Below the pieces are notes generated by a model. That model worked only from the letters and a program-made list of their open reading frames with translations. It had not been told where the DNA came from and searched no databases. A program made the translations under genes and the position numbers. Shown piece after piece: positions 20,152-30,022 of a stretch of DNA of 62,892 nt. This DNA comes from an uncultured beta proteobacterium. GTDB lineage: Bacteria; Pseudomonadota; Gammaproteobacteria; Burkholderiales; Burkholderiaceae_C. The stretch is taken from positions 1 through 62,892 of the forward strand of contig CAIQBN010000397.1 in the NCBI GenBank assembly GCA_903870065.1, in the 5' to 3' direction. Position 1 is the first letter of the stretch. Every line of letters begins with the position of its first letter.

Positions 20152-21312
20152 CTATTTGCCGCCAGGAATTTTGCCTTCCACGCCCTTGACGTAGAAACTC
20201 AGCCCACCGAGAAACTTGTCATCAGCCACGGCATCCTTGGCCAACTGCTCTTTACCCGTGTTGTCGACGATCGGTCCTTTCCAAATCGTGAAGGAACCGT
20301 CTTTCAGGCCGGCCTTGACCTCTTCAACCTTGGTCTTGGTCTCGGCAGGCACATCTTCCGCGATGGAAACAATATCAATAGCGCCTTCTTTCACACCCCA
20401 CCAGGCCTGGCCCGTGGCCCACTTGCCTTCAAGGGCGTCTTTAGTGGCCTTGATGTAATACGGACCCCAATTGATGATGGCCGACGCCAGGTGCGCTTTC
20501 GGACCATAGGCAGTCATATCGGAATCCCAGCCAAAAGCGCGCTTGCCCTTGTCCTGCGCAGTTTTCAGAACGGCTGGTGAGTCAGTATTTTGGAACAGCA
20601 CATCCGCGCCTCCGTTGATCAGGCTCGTGGCCGCTTCAGTTTCCTTGGGCGGATTGAACCATTCATTCACCCATACAACCTTGGTCTTGACCTTGGGATT
20701 GCTGCTTTGCGCACCTAATGTGAAGCTGTTGATGTTGCGGATGACTTCCGGAATTGGCACCGATGCAACCACACCCAGTGTGTTGGACTTGGTCATTTTT
20801 CCAGCAATGACGCCCGCCATGTACGCACCTTCATAAGTGCGACTGTCGTAGGTGCGCATATTTTCGGCCGTCTTGTAGCCAGTCGCATGCTCAAACTTCA
20901 CGTCTTTGACATCGGCGGCGACTTTCAACATGGGTTCCATGTAACCAAAAGTGGTGCCAAAAATCAACTTGGCACCTTGTCCAGCCAAATCGCGGATAAC
21001 GCGCTCGGCGTCAGCCGACTCGGGCACATTCTCAACAAACGAGGTAGCCACCTTGTCGCCAAATTCCTTTTCCAATGCTTTGCGGCCATTGTCATGCGCA
21101 AAAGTCCAGCCACCGTCGCCCACGGGCCCGACATAGGCAAAGGCGATCTTCAGCGGAGCGGGCTTGGGTGCGGGAGCTGACGCCACGGGCGCCGGTGCCG
21201 GAGCGGGCGCGGGTGCTGGCTCTTCCTTTTTACCGCAACCCACCAATGCGGCGCTGGCCACAGCCGTCAGGGCCGCTACTTTGAGCAAAGTTCGTTTGTG
21301 CAAATCTGTCAT
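20152..21312 (-). CDS. BMP family ABC substrate-binding lipoprotein (purine/nucleoside)
   Basis: Lipobox LVGC, Pro/Ala linker, GPVGDGGWTFAH. Confidence 0.92.
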   Translation of the reverse strand: MTDLHKRTLLKVAALTAVASAALVGCGKKEEPAPAPAPAPAPVASAPAPKPAPLKIAFAYVGPVGDGGWTFAHDNGRKALEKEFGDKVATSFVENVPESADAERVIRDLAGQGAKLIFGTTFGYMEPMLKVAADVKDVKFEHATGYKTAENMRTYDSRTYEGAYMAGVIAGKMTKSNTLGVVASVPIPEVIRNINSFTLGAQSSNPKVKTKVVWVNEWFNPPKETEAATSLINGGADVLFQNTDSPAVLKTAQDKGKRAFGWDSDMTAYGPKAHLASAIINWGPYYIKATKDALEGKWATGQAWWGVKEGAIDIVSIAEDVPAETKTKVEEVKAGLKDGSFTIWKGPIVDNTGKEQLAKDAVADDKFLGGLSFYVKGVEGKIPGGK

Positions 21313-21371
21313 GTCGGGTCTTTCAATAAAAACGCAGTCACAGTCAATGAAAAAGCCAGAAGCGCCAGGCG

Positions 21372-22292
21372 CTACGAGCCGGGATAAAACGGTTTACCAA
21401 TTGCAAGCGGCATGTTAATCCGAATCCAGCGCGGGTTGCGCGAGATCAGTGCCAACACCACAATGGTTGCCAAGTATGGCAGCATGCTCAGGAACTGGCT
21501 GGGTAACTCCACACCAATGCCCTGCAAGTGAAATTGCAGCATCGTCACTCCGCCAAACAAATAGGCACCAAGCAATACACGTGCCGGGCGCCAGGTTGCG
21601 AAGGTGGTCAGCGCTAGCGCAATCCACCCCTTACCAGACACCATGCCCTCCACCCACAGCGGCGTATAGACGATGGATATATAGGCACCGGCCAAACCGC
21701 ACAGCGCTCCACCCAATACTACCGCTCCCAAGCGTATCCAGCGAACCGGGTAACCCAGGGCATGCGCCGACTCGGGGCTCTCACCCACACTGCGCAGAAT
21801 CAGACCCGAACGCGTGCGGTAAAAGAACCAGATCAAAGCCAGCGCAAAAACGATGGTTAAATAAACCAGCGGGTGCTGGCGAAACAGGGCCGGCCCGACA
21901 AACGGCATATCCGACAAAACAGGCAGCGCAAAGCTGGGTCGCTCAGGAATTTTTTCCTGCACGTAGCGGATACCGGCGAAAGCGGAAAAACCTGCACCAA
22001 AAAGGCTCAAGGCCAGTCCCGTGGCGTACTGATTGGTGTTCAGCCAAATCACCAGTGCACCAAATAGTGCTGCCATCAGCGCGCCGGCCGCCATACCAGC
22101 CAGAAAACCCATCGTGTCACTGCCCGTATGAACGACTGTGGCAAAACCCGCAATAGCGGCGCACAGCATCATGCCCTCGGCACCCAGGTTGACGATACCC
22201 GCCTTCTCGTTGATCAGCAGGCCCAGGGAGGCAATGGCCAACACCGTACCTGCATTCAAGGTGGCAGCAATCAAAAGAGCATAAGAGTCCAT
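21372..22292 (-). CDS. Nucleoside/purine ABC transporter permease
   Basis: Motifs EKAGIVNLGAEG and GKGWIALA. Confidence 0.92.
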   Translation of the reverse strand: MDSYALLIAATLNAGTVLAIASLGLLINEKAGIVNLGAEGMMLCAAIAGFATVVHTGSDTMGFLAGMAAGALMAALFGALVIWLNTNQYATGLALSLFGAGFSAFAGIRYVQEKIPERPSFALPVLSDMPFVGPALFRQHPLVYLTIVFALALIWFFYRTRSGLILRSVGESPESAHALGYPVRWIRLGAVVLGGALCGLAGAYISIVYTPLWVEGMVSGKGWIALALTTFATWRPARVLLGAYLFGGVTMLQFHLQGIGVELPSQFLSMLPYLATIVVLALISRNPRWIRINMPLAIGKPFYPGS

Positions 22293-23377
22293 TAGTGCGT
22301 CGCTCCAGACACCAGTGTTGGCTTTGAGATCCAGCGCAGTCGGTAATTCACCAGTGTGTCACAACCCAACAGGGTGAACAGCAGCAGCCCCTGAAACACA
22401 CCGGTTAACGACTTGGGAAGGCCCAGGCGCGACTGCGCGAGTTCGCCACCGATATAAAACATGCTCATCAAGATGGCAGAAAACACCATGCCCACGGGAT
22501 GCAAGCGGCCCACGTAAGCCACGATGATGGCGGCAAATCCATACCCCGCAGGCACATAGGGCGTTAGCTGCCCGATGGGGCCCGCCACTTCCAGCGCACC
22601 AGCCAAACCCGCCATGCCGCCCGACACCAACAGTGCAATCCACAAAGCCCGCCGAGACGAAAAACCGGCATAACGCGACGCTGCGGGGGCCAGCCCACCT
22701 ACCTGCTGTGCAAAGCCGGCGCGCGTGCGAAATAAAAACACCCAGACAGCGGCCACACCCACCATCGCAAAAACCACCCCGATACTGACACGCGAACCGT
22801 CAAATAACCGGGGGATGCGGGTTACCGCCTCAAAACTCTTGGTTTGGGGAAAGTTGTAGCCGTTGGGATCCTTCCAGGGGCCAAAAACCAAATAACCCAG
22901 CACCTGCACGGCCACGTAGACCAGCATCAAACTCACCAAAATCTCGTTAGCATTGAACTTGTCACGCAGCAGCGCGGTTAACCCCGCCCACGCCATTCCA
23001 CCAAATACACCTGCCAAAAGCAGCGCAGGCACGATCCAGCCACCCGTGGTTTTATCGGCCAGCAGGGCCACGCCGCTGGCCGTAATGGCGCCCAGGATGT
23101 ACTGCCCTTCGGCACCAATGTTCCATACGTTGGAACGGAAACACACCGCCAGCCCCAGTGCAATCATGAGCAAAGGGGTTGCCTTGACGACCAGTTCACC
23201 CAGCGCATAGCCGCTTCTGATGGGGTCCCAGAAAAAAACCTGCAAACCACGCAGCGGATCTTTGCCCAAGAGCGCAAACAGCACAACGCCAATCAGCACG
23301 GTGCACAGCAGCGCCAGCAATGGCGAGGCGTAGCTCCAGAACTGCGAGGGCTGGGGACGGGCTTCGAGCTTAAGCAT
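22292..23377 (-). CDS. Nucleoside/purine ABC transporter permease
   Basis: Motifs WNIGAEGQ, NEILVSLML, GYGFAAIIVA. Confidence 0.92.
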   Translation of the reverse strand: MLKLEARPQPSQFWSYASPLLALLCTVLIGVVLFALLGKDPLRGLQVFFWDPIRSGYALGELVVKATPLLMIALGLAVCFRSNVWNIGAEGQYILGAITASGVALLADKTTGGWIVPALLLAGVFGGMAWAGLTALLRDKFNANEILVSLMLVYVAVQVLGYLVFGPWKDPNGYNFPQTKSFEAVTRIPRLFDGSRVSIGVVFAMVGVAAVWVFLFRTRAGFAQQVGGLAPAASRYAGFSSRRALWIALLVSGGMAGLAGALEVAGPIGQLTPYVPAGYGFAAIIVAYVGRLHPVGMVFSAILMSMFYIGGELAQSRLGLPKSLTGVFQGLLLFTLLGCDTLVNYRLRWISKPTLVSGATH

Positions 23378-24887
23378 CCTGCATCTCCCACAAACCGCTC
23401 ATCCATTCACCAATTTTTTCTACTGTGGCCTCGGCAATGGGAACCGAGGGCGACAACTTGCCGCGTGCAATCACATGCAACCGGTCGCACACCTCAAACA
23501 GTTCATCGAGTTCTTCACTGACCACCAGCACCGCACAGCCGGCATCACGCAGCGCCAGTATTTCGCCGCGAATCTGCGCCGCCGCACCCACATCCACTCC
23601 CCAGGTTGGTTGTGAGACGATCAGCAGTTTGGGGTTGGCATCGATCTCGCGCCCGACGATGAACTTTTGCAGGTTCCCGCCAGAGAGCGAGCGCGCAACG
23701 GCCAGCGGGCCGTTGGCCTTGACTTTGTATTCCGCAATCAAGCGCCTGGCATGCGCTTCGAGTTGCCGCACCCGAATCCAGCCACCGGCAAAACGTGGCA
23801 TGGAGATGGACTCGGTGCGGGTGAGCAACAGGTTGTGCGCCAGGCTCAGTGTGGGCACCGCTCCACGCCCCAAGCGCTCCTCGGGAACAAAATGCAATCC
23901 CATCTTGCGCCGCCGCCCGGGGTGCATACGCGACACATCGACCTCACCCATGTGGATGCTGCCCCTTGGTGCGCGGTCGTCCTCGCCCGACAGTGCGTAC
24001 AGCAATTCTTTTTGGCCATTGCCCGAGACACCGGCAATGCCCACCACCTCGCCGGAACGCACATGCAAATGAATCCCTTCGAGATCCACCCCAAACTGGT
24101 CTTCTCGCGCCAGGTTGAGCCCCTTGACGTGCATCACGGCAGACCCGGCATGTTTGGCTGCGCGCTCCAGCAAGGGCGGCTCGGCACCAATCATCAAGCG
24201 TGACAAGGATGCGTTGGATTCCTGTTGCGGATTGCACACGCCGGTAACCTTGCCACCCCGCAGCACCGTGCAGGCCGTGCACAGTTCACGAATTTCATGC
24301 AGCTTGTGGCTGATGTACAAAATGCTGCAGCCCTCGCTGGAGAGTTTTTTCAGCACCACAAACAACTTCTCCACGGCCTGCGGTGTCAGCACCGACGTGG
24401 GCTCATCCAGAATCAGCAGTTCTGGCCGCGTCAGCAGCGCGCGGATAATTTCCACCCGTTGCATCTCTCCAACACTGAGTGTGTGCACCGGACGCGCCGG
24501 GTCGATATCAAGACCGTACTCATTGGCCTTGCCCACAATGGCAGCAGTCACCTGCTCCAATGAATTGCGGGTCAGTCCAAGCCACACGTTCTCAGCCACA
24601 GTCATCGTGTCAAACAGATTAAAGTGCTGAAACACCATGCTGATGCCGTTGGCCCGCGCTTCCTTGGGGTTGCGAATCTGGATGTCCTGCCCGTTGATTC
24701 TGACTTGCCCCGCATCGGGCTTGACAGAGCCGTAAATGATCTTCATCAGCGTGGACTTGCCAGCGCCGTTTTCGCCCAGAACGGCATGAATCTCGCCTGG
24801 CATGACGGTCAGGGACACGTCGCTGTTGGCGACCACGCCGGGGTAAGCCTTGGTGATACCGGTTAACTGAAGTCTCGGGAATGACAT
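23370..24887 (-). CDS. ABC transporter ATP-binding protein (two-domain, CUT2 type)
   Basis: Motifs GENGAGKST, LILDEPT, LSGGNLQK. Confidence 0.94.
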   Translation of the reverse strand: MSFPRLQLTGITKAYPGVVANSDVSLTVMPGEIHAVLGENGAGKSTLMKIIYGSVKPDAGQVRINGQDIQIRNPKEARANGISMVFQHFNLFDTMTVAENVWLGLTRNSLEQVTAAIVGKANEYGLDIDPARPVHTLSVGEMQRVEIIRALLTRPELLILDEPTSVLTPQAVEKLFVVLKKLSSEGCSILYISHKLHEIRELCTACTVLRGGKVTGVCNPQQESNASLSRLMIGAEPPLLERAAKHAGSAVMHVKGLNLAREDQFGVDLEGIHLHVRSGEVVGIAGVSGNGQKELLYALSGEDDRAPRGSIHMGEVDVSRMHPGRRRKMGLHFVPEERLGRGAVPTLSLAHNLLLTRTESISMPRFAGGWIRVRQLEAHARRLIAEYKVKANGPLAVARSLSGGNLQKFIVGREIDANPKLLIVSQPTWGVDVGAAAQIRGEILALRDAGCAVLVVSEELDELFEVCDRLHVIARGKLSPSVPIAEATVEKIGEWMSGLWEMQDA

Positions 24888-24962
24888 GGGCACACTTTAC
24901 ACGTTTGGACAACAATCCCGAGCAATTTCTGCGCCATAGCGGGATAGTGCAACCGCCAAGCG

Positions 24963-25919
24963 CTATGACCGATTGGGTAAATTGGCTCTATCAAACTGCC
25001 AGCGCCGCCAATATTCCAGCGCCACACGGTAGGTGTTGGTTTGCACCCGCACGGTGTCGTTCAGATTCTTGCCATAGCCCCCGCCCATAACAAAGGCACA
25101 GGGCAGGCGCCGCTGCCAACACCAATCGAAAACCCGCCGGTCCCGGGCCAAAAGGCCGTCATCGGTGAGCTTGAGTCGCCCCAGTCGATCGCCTTCGTGC
25201 GGGTCAGCGCCGGCAAGATAAAGCACCAGTCCGGGTTGGAAGTTCACCTCCAGTATGCCCAAGGCGTTTTCCAGAGCAACCATATAGTCCGCGTCGCCAC
25301 AACCATCCGGTAGCCCCACATCCAGGTTGCTGGCCTCCTTGCGAAATGGAAAGTTCTTCTCCCCGTGCAGCGACAGGGTAAACACGCTGGGATCATCCCG
25401 CAGGATATGGGCTGTGCCATTTCCCTGGTGCACATCCAGGTCAACGATGGCCACTTGCAAGGGTCGTTTGTCCAAATGGGGGGCTCGCCCCCACTCCGCC
25501 TGCAACACCCGCGCAGTCACCGCCAGATCATTAAACACACAAAAACCGCCTCCCTTGTCGGCATAGGCGTGGTGCGTTCCGCCAGCCAGGTTGGCAGCCA
25601 CCCCTTGCGAGAGCGCAGTGCGTGCCGCAGCTAAAGTAGCCCCCACCGAACGGCGGGCACGGTCGGCCATGGCGGGATTCCATGGAAATCCAATTTCGCG
25701 GTAGACCGCCTCAGGCAAGGTGCCCAGATCGATGCCATTGACATAAGGCCAGGCGTGGGCGAATGCCAGTTCACCATCGCTTGCCGGCAGCGCCTGCGCC
25801 AGCGTGACTTCAGGCAATTGCTGCGCCAATGCATCACGCAGCATGGCATATTTCTCCATGGGGAAGCGGTGCCCTGGAGGGAGTTGAAGCACAAATTGGG
25901 TCGCGAAAAAGGCCTGCAT
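24963..25919 (-). CDS. Histone deacetylase family protein
   Basis: Motifs HRFPMEKY, GGTHHA, GGFCVFND, DLDVHQGNGT, GGGY. Start taken at MQAFF; the longer ORF overlaps xdhA. Confidence 0.9.
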   Translation of the reverse strand: MQAFFATQFVLQLPPGHRFPMEKYAMLRDALAQQLPEVTLAQALPASDGELAFAHAWPYVNGIDLGTLPEAVYREIGFPWNPAMADRARRSVGATLAAARTALSQGVAANLAGGTHHAYADKGGGFCVFNDLAVTARVLQAEWGRAPHLDKRPLQVAIVDLDVHQGNGTAHILRDDPSVFTLSLHGEKNFPFRKEASNLDVGLPDGCGDADYMVALENALGILEVNFQPGLVLYLAGADPHEGDRLGRLKLTDDGLLARDRRVFDWCWQRRLPCAFVMGGGYGKNLNDTVRVQTNTYRVALEYWRRWQFDRANLPNRS

Positions 25920-25968
25920 TTTTGACGAATTGGAACATGGGCGCGTAACTTGCTCTATGCTAATCACC

Positions 25969-27555
25969 ATGAAGACAAAACCCCTGCAATTTTTGCGACG
26001 TGGCCAGGTCGTGACCCTGCCCGATGTCGATGTCAACCGCACTCTGTTGGAGGTTTTGCGGGAAGACCTGCATTGCACCGGCACCAAAGAGGGCTGCGGC
26101 GAAGGTGACTGTGGCGCCTGCACCGTCGTGGTTGCAGAGCCCCAGGATGGGCAGTTGAAATACAGCGCAATCAACAGCTGCATCCGTCTGGCGCACTCGA
26201 TTGATGGCATGGCCGTGTGGACTGTAGAAGATATTGCCCCCACGCTTGCCACTGCGTGTGCTGCGCTGCCCCCCGAGGGGGCCCAACCCGCCTTGGGGCG
26301 ACCCGGCGGCGGTTTGATTGCCCCCACGCTTGCCACTGCGGAATTAGCAGCACCGCTGCATCCTGTTCAGCAAGCTATGGTGGACAGCCATGCGTCGCAA
26401 TGCGGCTTTTGCACTCCCGGTTTTGTGATGAGTCTGTTTGGCCTCTACCAGAATAAAACTGCGCGGTCCGAGCCCATAAGCCGGGAACAGGCGCAAGCTG
26501 CTTTGTCCGGGAATCTGTGTCGGTGCACCGGCTACCGCCCAATTTTGGATGCTGCCCAAGCAATGCAAGGCCTACCGCCAGTGCTGGTCAACGAAACCGA
26601 ATTGCTATCACAATTAGAGCGGCTAGCGCATATTCCACGAGGGCTAGAGCCTGATTTGGCTTACATTTCTCCCAAAACGCTGCCCGAGTTGCTGTCCGCA
26701 CGAAGCCGCTATCCGCAGGCCCAATTGGTGGCGGGCTGCACCGACGTAGGTCTTTGGGTGACCAAGCTGCACCAGCAGTTCGAACGTGTGCTCGATGTGA
26801 CCCGGGTCGCAGAATTGCGCCGCATCGAAGACTACCCCCATCACATTGCTATTGGCGCTGCCGCTACATTGACCGACGCATTTGCAGCGCTGGTGGCCGA
26901 TCGGCCCGCGCTGACCGAATTTGCCCACCGCTTTGCCGGCTTGCCCGTGCGCAACAGCGCAACGCTGGGCGGCAACGTAGCCAATGGGTCACCCATCGGC
27001 GACTCCATGCCATTGTTGATTGCGCTGGGGGCCAGTGTGGTGCTGATGCGCCAAAACGGATCATCAATTGCCCACCGCGAACTGGGTCTGGAAGATCTTT
27101 ACACCGGCTACCGGACCAACGTGATGGCGGCCGATGAAGTGCTGGCCTGGATCAAAGTGCCCAAAGCGACCGCCGCTGAAGTCTGCCGTGCCTACAAGGT
27201 TTCCAAACGGTTCGAAGATGACATTTCAGCTGTCTGCCTCGCAATCGGGCTACGAATCGACAAGGGTGTCGTTTCGGCCGCCTCGATTGGCGCCGGTGGT
27301 GTTGCGGCAACACCGTCACGTGCGCACAAAACGCAGGCGGCCTTGCTGGGACAGGCCTGGAACCAGGCCACGGTGGACCACGCAATCCAGGTACTGCGCA
27401 GTGAATTCACCCCGATTTCCGACATGCGTGCCAGCGCGGCCTATCGCAACGAGGTGCTGGGTAATCTGCTACAGCGTTTCTGGCTTGAAACCCAGGGGCA
27501 GGTTGTGACCAACGTGCGCAGCGTGTCGGCCACCCACGTGGGCGGAGGAAATTGA
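25969..27555 (+). CDS. xdhA: Xanthine dehydrogenase small subunit (2Fe-2S/FAD) with two repeat-derived segments
   Basis: Motifs GCGEGDCGAC, QCGFCTPG, GNLCRCTGY, GGNVANGSPIGD, KVSKRFEDDIS. Confidence 0.95.
   Translation: MKTKPLQFLRRGQVVTLPDVDVNRTLLEVLREDLHCTGTKEGCGEGDCGACTVVVAEPQDGQLKYSAINSCIRLAHSIDGMAVWTVEDIAPTLATACAALPPEGAQPALGRPGGGLIAPTLATAELAAPLHPVQQAMVDSHASQCGFCTPGFVMSLFGLYQNKTARSEPISREQAQAALSGNLCRCTGYRPILDAAQAMQGLPPVLVNETELLSQLERLAHIPRGLEPDLAYISPKTLPELLSARSRYPQAQLVAGCTDVGLWVTKLHQQFERVLDVTRVAELRRIEDYPHHIAIGAAATLTDAFAALVADRPALTEFAHRFAGLPVRNSATLGGNVANGSPIGDSMPLLIALGASVVLMRQNGSSIAHRELGLEDLYTGYRTNVMAADEVLAWIKVPKATAAEVCRAYKVSKRFEDDISAVCLAIGLRIDKGVVSAASIGAGGVAATPSRAHKTQAALLGQAWNQATVDHAIQVLRSEFTPISDMRASAAYRNEVLGNLLQRFWLETQGQVVTNVRSVSATHVGGGN
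26233..26340 (+). repeat. Family B GC-rich palindromic element in frame in xdhA, with a 24-bp direct repeat
   Basis: attgcccccacgcttgccactgcg occurs at 26233-26256 and 26317-26340 (84-bp period). Hairpins gcccccc-gagg-gggc and ccgcc-N15-ggcgg lie between. Confidence 0.85.
26602..26662 (+). repeat. 61-bp element family A, copy 2 (xdhA Fe-S/FAD linker)
   Basis: ttGCTatcacaattagAGC ggctagcGCA tattccacgagGGCTagagcc tgatttggctt. Confidence 0.88.
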
Positions 27556-27557
27556 GC

Positions 27558-29888
27558 ATGCAGACTCCCACCCCGAAGCAGAACACTGCCAGCGCCTGCG
27601 GTACTTCACACCCCCACGAGAGTGCCGCTGCCCAGGTGACGGGCTCAGTGGCCTATATTGACGACCTGCCCGAAGTGCGCGGTACCCTGCACGCTGCGCC
27701 CATCCTTTCAACCGTGGCACACGGGCGGCTGCTCGGCGTGAACGTGGCTCCCGCGCTGGCCATGCCGGGCGTGGTGGACGTGGTGCTGGCTTGCGACATT
27801 CCCGGAGACCCGATGTTGGCGGCCTTCGCCGGGGATGAGCCCGTGTTTGCGACCGACACGGTGCAATTCATTGGGCAGGTTGTGGGTGTGGTGCTGGCGA
27901 CAAGCGTGGCTCAGGCACGCCGTGCAGCGCGCAAAGTGGCACTCAACATTGAAGCCTTGCCTGCCATCCTAACCGTGGCGCAGGCACTCGGGTCCAAGAG
28001 CTACGTGTTGCCTCCTGTGTTTGTGCGCCGGGGAGACGCGCAGACCGCGCTGAAATCTTCCCCACATACCCTGAGCGGCTCGCTGGAAGTGGGCGGCCAG
28101 GAACACTTTTACCTGGAGGGTCAGATCGCCTACGCACTGCCCCAGGAACAAAACCAATGGCTGGTTTACAGCAGCACGCAGCATCCTGGAGAGGTCCAGC
28201 ACTGGGTGGCGCACGCGCTGGGCCTGCACCAGCATGCCGTTCGCGTAGAGTGCCGACGCATGGGGGGCGGTTTTGGCGGCAAGGAGACCCAGGCCGGCCA
28301 CTTGGCGGTGTGGGCGGCAGTGGCCGCACACAAATCGGGGCGCGCAGTGAAACTGCGCCTGGACCGCGATGACGACTTTATGGTGACCGGCAAGCGCCAC
28401 CCTTTCTCCTATGAATACACCGCCGGCTTTGACGACACCGGGCGCTTGACAGCACTCAAATTGATGATGGCGGCGAACTGCGGTTTCAGCGCAGATCTAT
28501 CTGGCCCCGTAGCGGACCGCGCCATCTTCCATAGCGACAATGCATACTACTTGCAGGATGTAGAAATTGCATCCTACCGCTGCAAGACCCACACCCAGAG
28601 TCACACGGCATTCCGGGGTTTTGGTGGACCGCAAGGCGTGATCGTGATCGAAGCCATCATGGGCGATATTGCCCGCGCACTGCAGCGCGACCCGCTTGAT
28701 GTGCGTTTACGCAACCTGTACAGCGACGAGGCAGTCGGAGGCGATGGACAACGGCGCGATACAACCCATTACGGTATGCCGGTGGAGGACAACATCCTGC
28801 TCCCATTGCTATTGGAATTAGAGCAATCATCGCAGTACCGACGAGGGCGAGAGGCAGTTTTGGCTTGGAACGCAGGCAATCCGGTGATCAAGCGCGGGCT
28901 GGCCATCACGCCCGTCAAGTTTGGCATCAGTTTCACTGCCACACTGTTCAACCAGGCGGGCGCGTTGGTGCACGTCTATACCGATGGCAGCGTTCAGGTC
29001 AACCACGGTGGCACCGAGATGGGGCAGGGTCTGCACACCAAAGTGGCACAAATTGTCGCTGACGAACTCGGCATTGCGTTCGATCGGGTACTGTGCACCG
29101 CCAGCGACACCAGCAAAATTCCCAATGCATCTGCCACCGCCGCGTCGGCAGGCACCGACCTCAATGGTCGCGCCGCCCAATTTGCGGCACGGCATGTGCG
29201 TGACAACCTGGCGGCTTTTGTGTGCGGACTCGATGGATGCGGCGCAGGTGCAATTCGTTTTGTAGCCGGCAAGGTGATTTCCCCTAGCAAAACGCGTGAA
29301 TTCACCGAGGTGGTGAGCATGGCCTACGCCAATCGAATCCAGCTGTGGAGCGACGGCTTCTACCGCACGCCCAAAATTCACTATGACAAAACAACGCTGA
29401 CGGGCCGTCCGTTTTACTACTTCGCCTACGGCGCCGCCTGCACCGAAGTTGCCATTGACACGCTGACCGGTGAGAGTCGGGTCTTGAAGGTGGATATCCT
29501 GCACGATGTCGGGCGCAGCATCAATCCGGCCATCGACGTCGGGCAAATTGAAGGCGCATTTGTGCAGGGGATGGGCTGGCTAACAACCGAACAACTGGTC
29601 TGGAACGACAAGGGCCATCTCAGTACCCATGCGCCGAGCACCTACAAAATTCCGACGGCCGGCGACGTGCCAGACACTTTCAATGTCAACCTGTGGCATC
29701 AGCCCAACCCGCAAGACAACGTATTTGGCTCCAAGGCCGTGGGTGAGCCGCCTTTCATGTTGGCCATTAGCGTTTTCGAAGCGTTGCGCGATGCCATTGC
29801 GTCCGTTGGCAGTGGTGGTCCGGTGCCACTCAACGCCCCGGCAACTGCAGAAAACGTGCTGGCTGCCGTGCAGCGCCTGCGCAACTGA
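27558..29888 (+). CDS. xdhB: Xanthine dehydrogenase molybdopterin-binding subunit
   Basis: Motifs GQEHFYLEG, GGGFGGKE, FRGFGGPQ, GGTEMGQG, SKAVGEPP; GGAGG RBS. Confidence 0.96.
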   Translation: MQTPTPKQNTASACGTSHPHESAAAQVTGSVAYIDDLPEVRGTLHAAPILSTVAHGRLLGVNVAPALAMPGVVDVVLACDIPGDPMLAAFAGDEPVFATDTVQFIGQVVGVVLATSVAQARRAARKVALNIEALPAILTVAQALGSKSYVLPPVFVRRGDAQTALKSSPHTLSGSLEVGGQEHFYLEGQIAYALPQEQNQWLVYSSTQHPGEVQHWVAHALGLHQHAVRVECRRMGGGFGGKETQAGHLAVWAAVAAHKSGRAVKLRLDRDDDFMVTGKRHPFSYEYTAGFDDTGRLTALKLMMAANCGFSADLSGPVADRAIFHSDNAYYLQDVEIASYRCKTHTQSHTAFRGFGGPQGVIVIEAIMGDIARALQRDPLDVRLRNLYSDEAVGGDGQRRDTTHYGMPVEDNILLPLLLELEQSSQYRRGREAVLAWNAGNPVIKRGLAITPVKFGISFTATLFNQAGALVHVYTDGSVQVNHGGTEMGQGLHTKVAQIVADELGIAFDRVLCTASDTSKIPNASATAASAGTDLNGRAAQFAARHVRDNLAAFVCGLDGCGAGAIRFVAGKVISPSKTREFTEVVSMAYANRIQLWSDGFYRTPKIHYDKTTLTGRPFYYFAYGAACTEVAIDTLTGESRVLKVDILHDVGRSINPAIDVGQIEGAFVQGMGWLTTEQLVWNDKGHLSTHAPSTYKIPTAGDVPDTFNVNLWHQPNPQDNVFGSKAVGEPPFMLAISVFEALRDAIASVGSGGPVPLNAPATAENVLAAVQRLRN
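28806..28866 (+). repeat. 61-bp element family A, copy 3 (inside the xdhB core)
   Basis: ttGCTattggaattagAGC aatcatcGCA gtaccgacgagGGCgagaggc agttttggctt; includes a run of AT-rich codons (ttg cta ttg gaa tta). Confidence 0.75.
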
Positions 29889-29915
29889 AATGCCAGCAGG
29901 GCACTTGCCTTGTCT

Positions 29916-29929
29916 TTGATCAACATCAA
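29916..29929. promoter_or_regulatory. FNR/Anr/Dnr-type box
   Basis: Perfect TTGAT-caac-ATCAA about 95 bp upstream of the hemerythrin ATG. Confidence 0.8.
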
Positions 29930-30022
29930 TAGAAACCGTGCTGGTTGTAAGAATGGACCAAGCACGGTTCTCTAAAATTTTTTGAGGCGACAGGACTAAA
30001 ACAAATTTCGTTGGGGCACACC

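Noticed and set aside
21160-21222. Pro-Ala repeat in the BMP lipoprotein
   Set aside because: Ordinary flexible lipoprotein tether with varied codons.
25920-26336. 138-aa N-terminal extension of the HDAC ORF
   Set aside because: It is the antisense shadow of xdhA; HDAC similarity begins at MQAFF (25919).
26233-26340. 24-bp direct repeats read as a mini-CRISPR
   Set aside because: Only two copies, in frame within xdhA, a palindromic 60-bp interval, and no cas genes.
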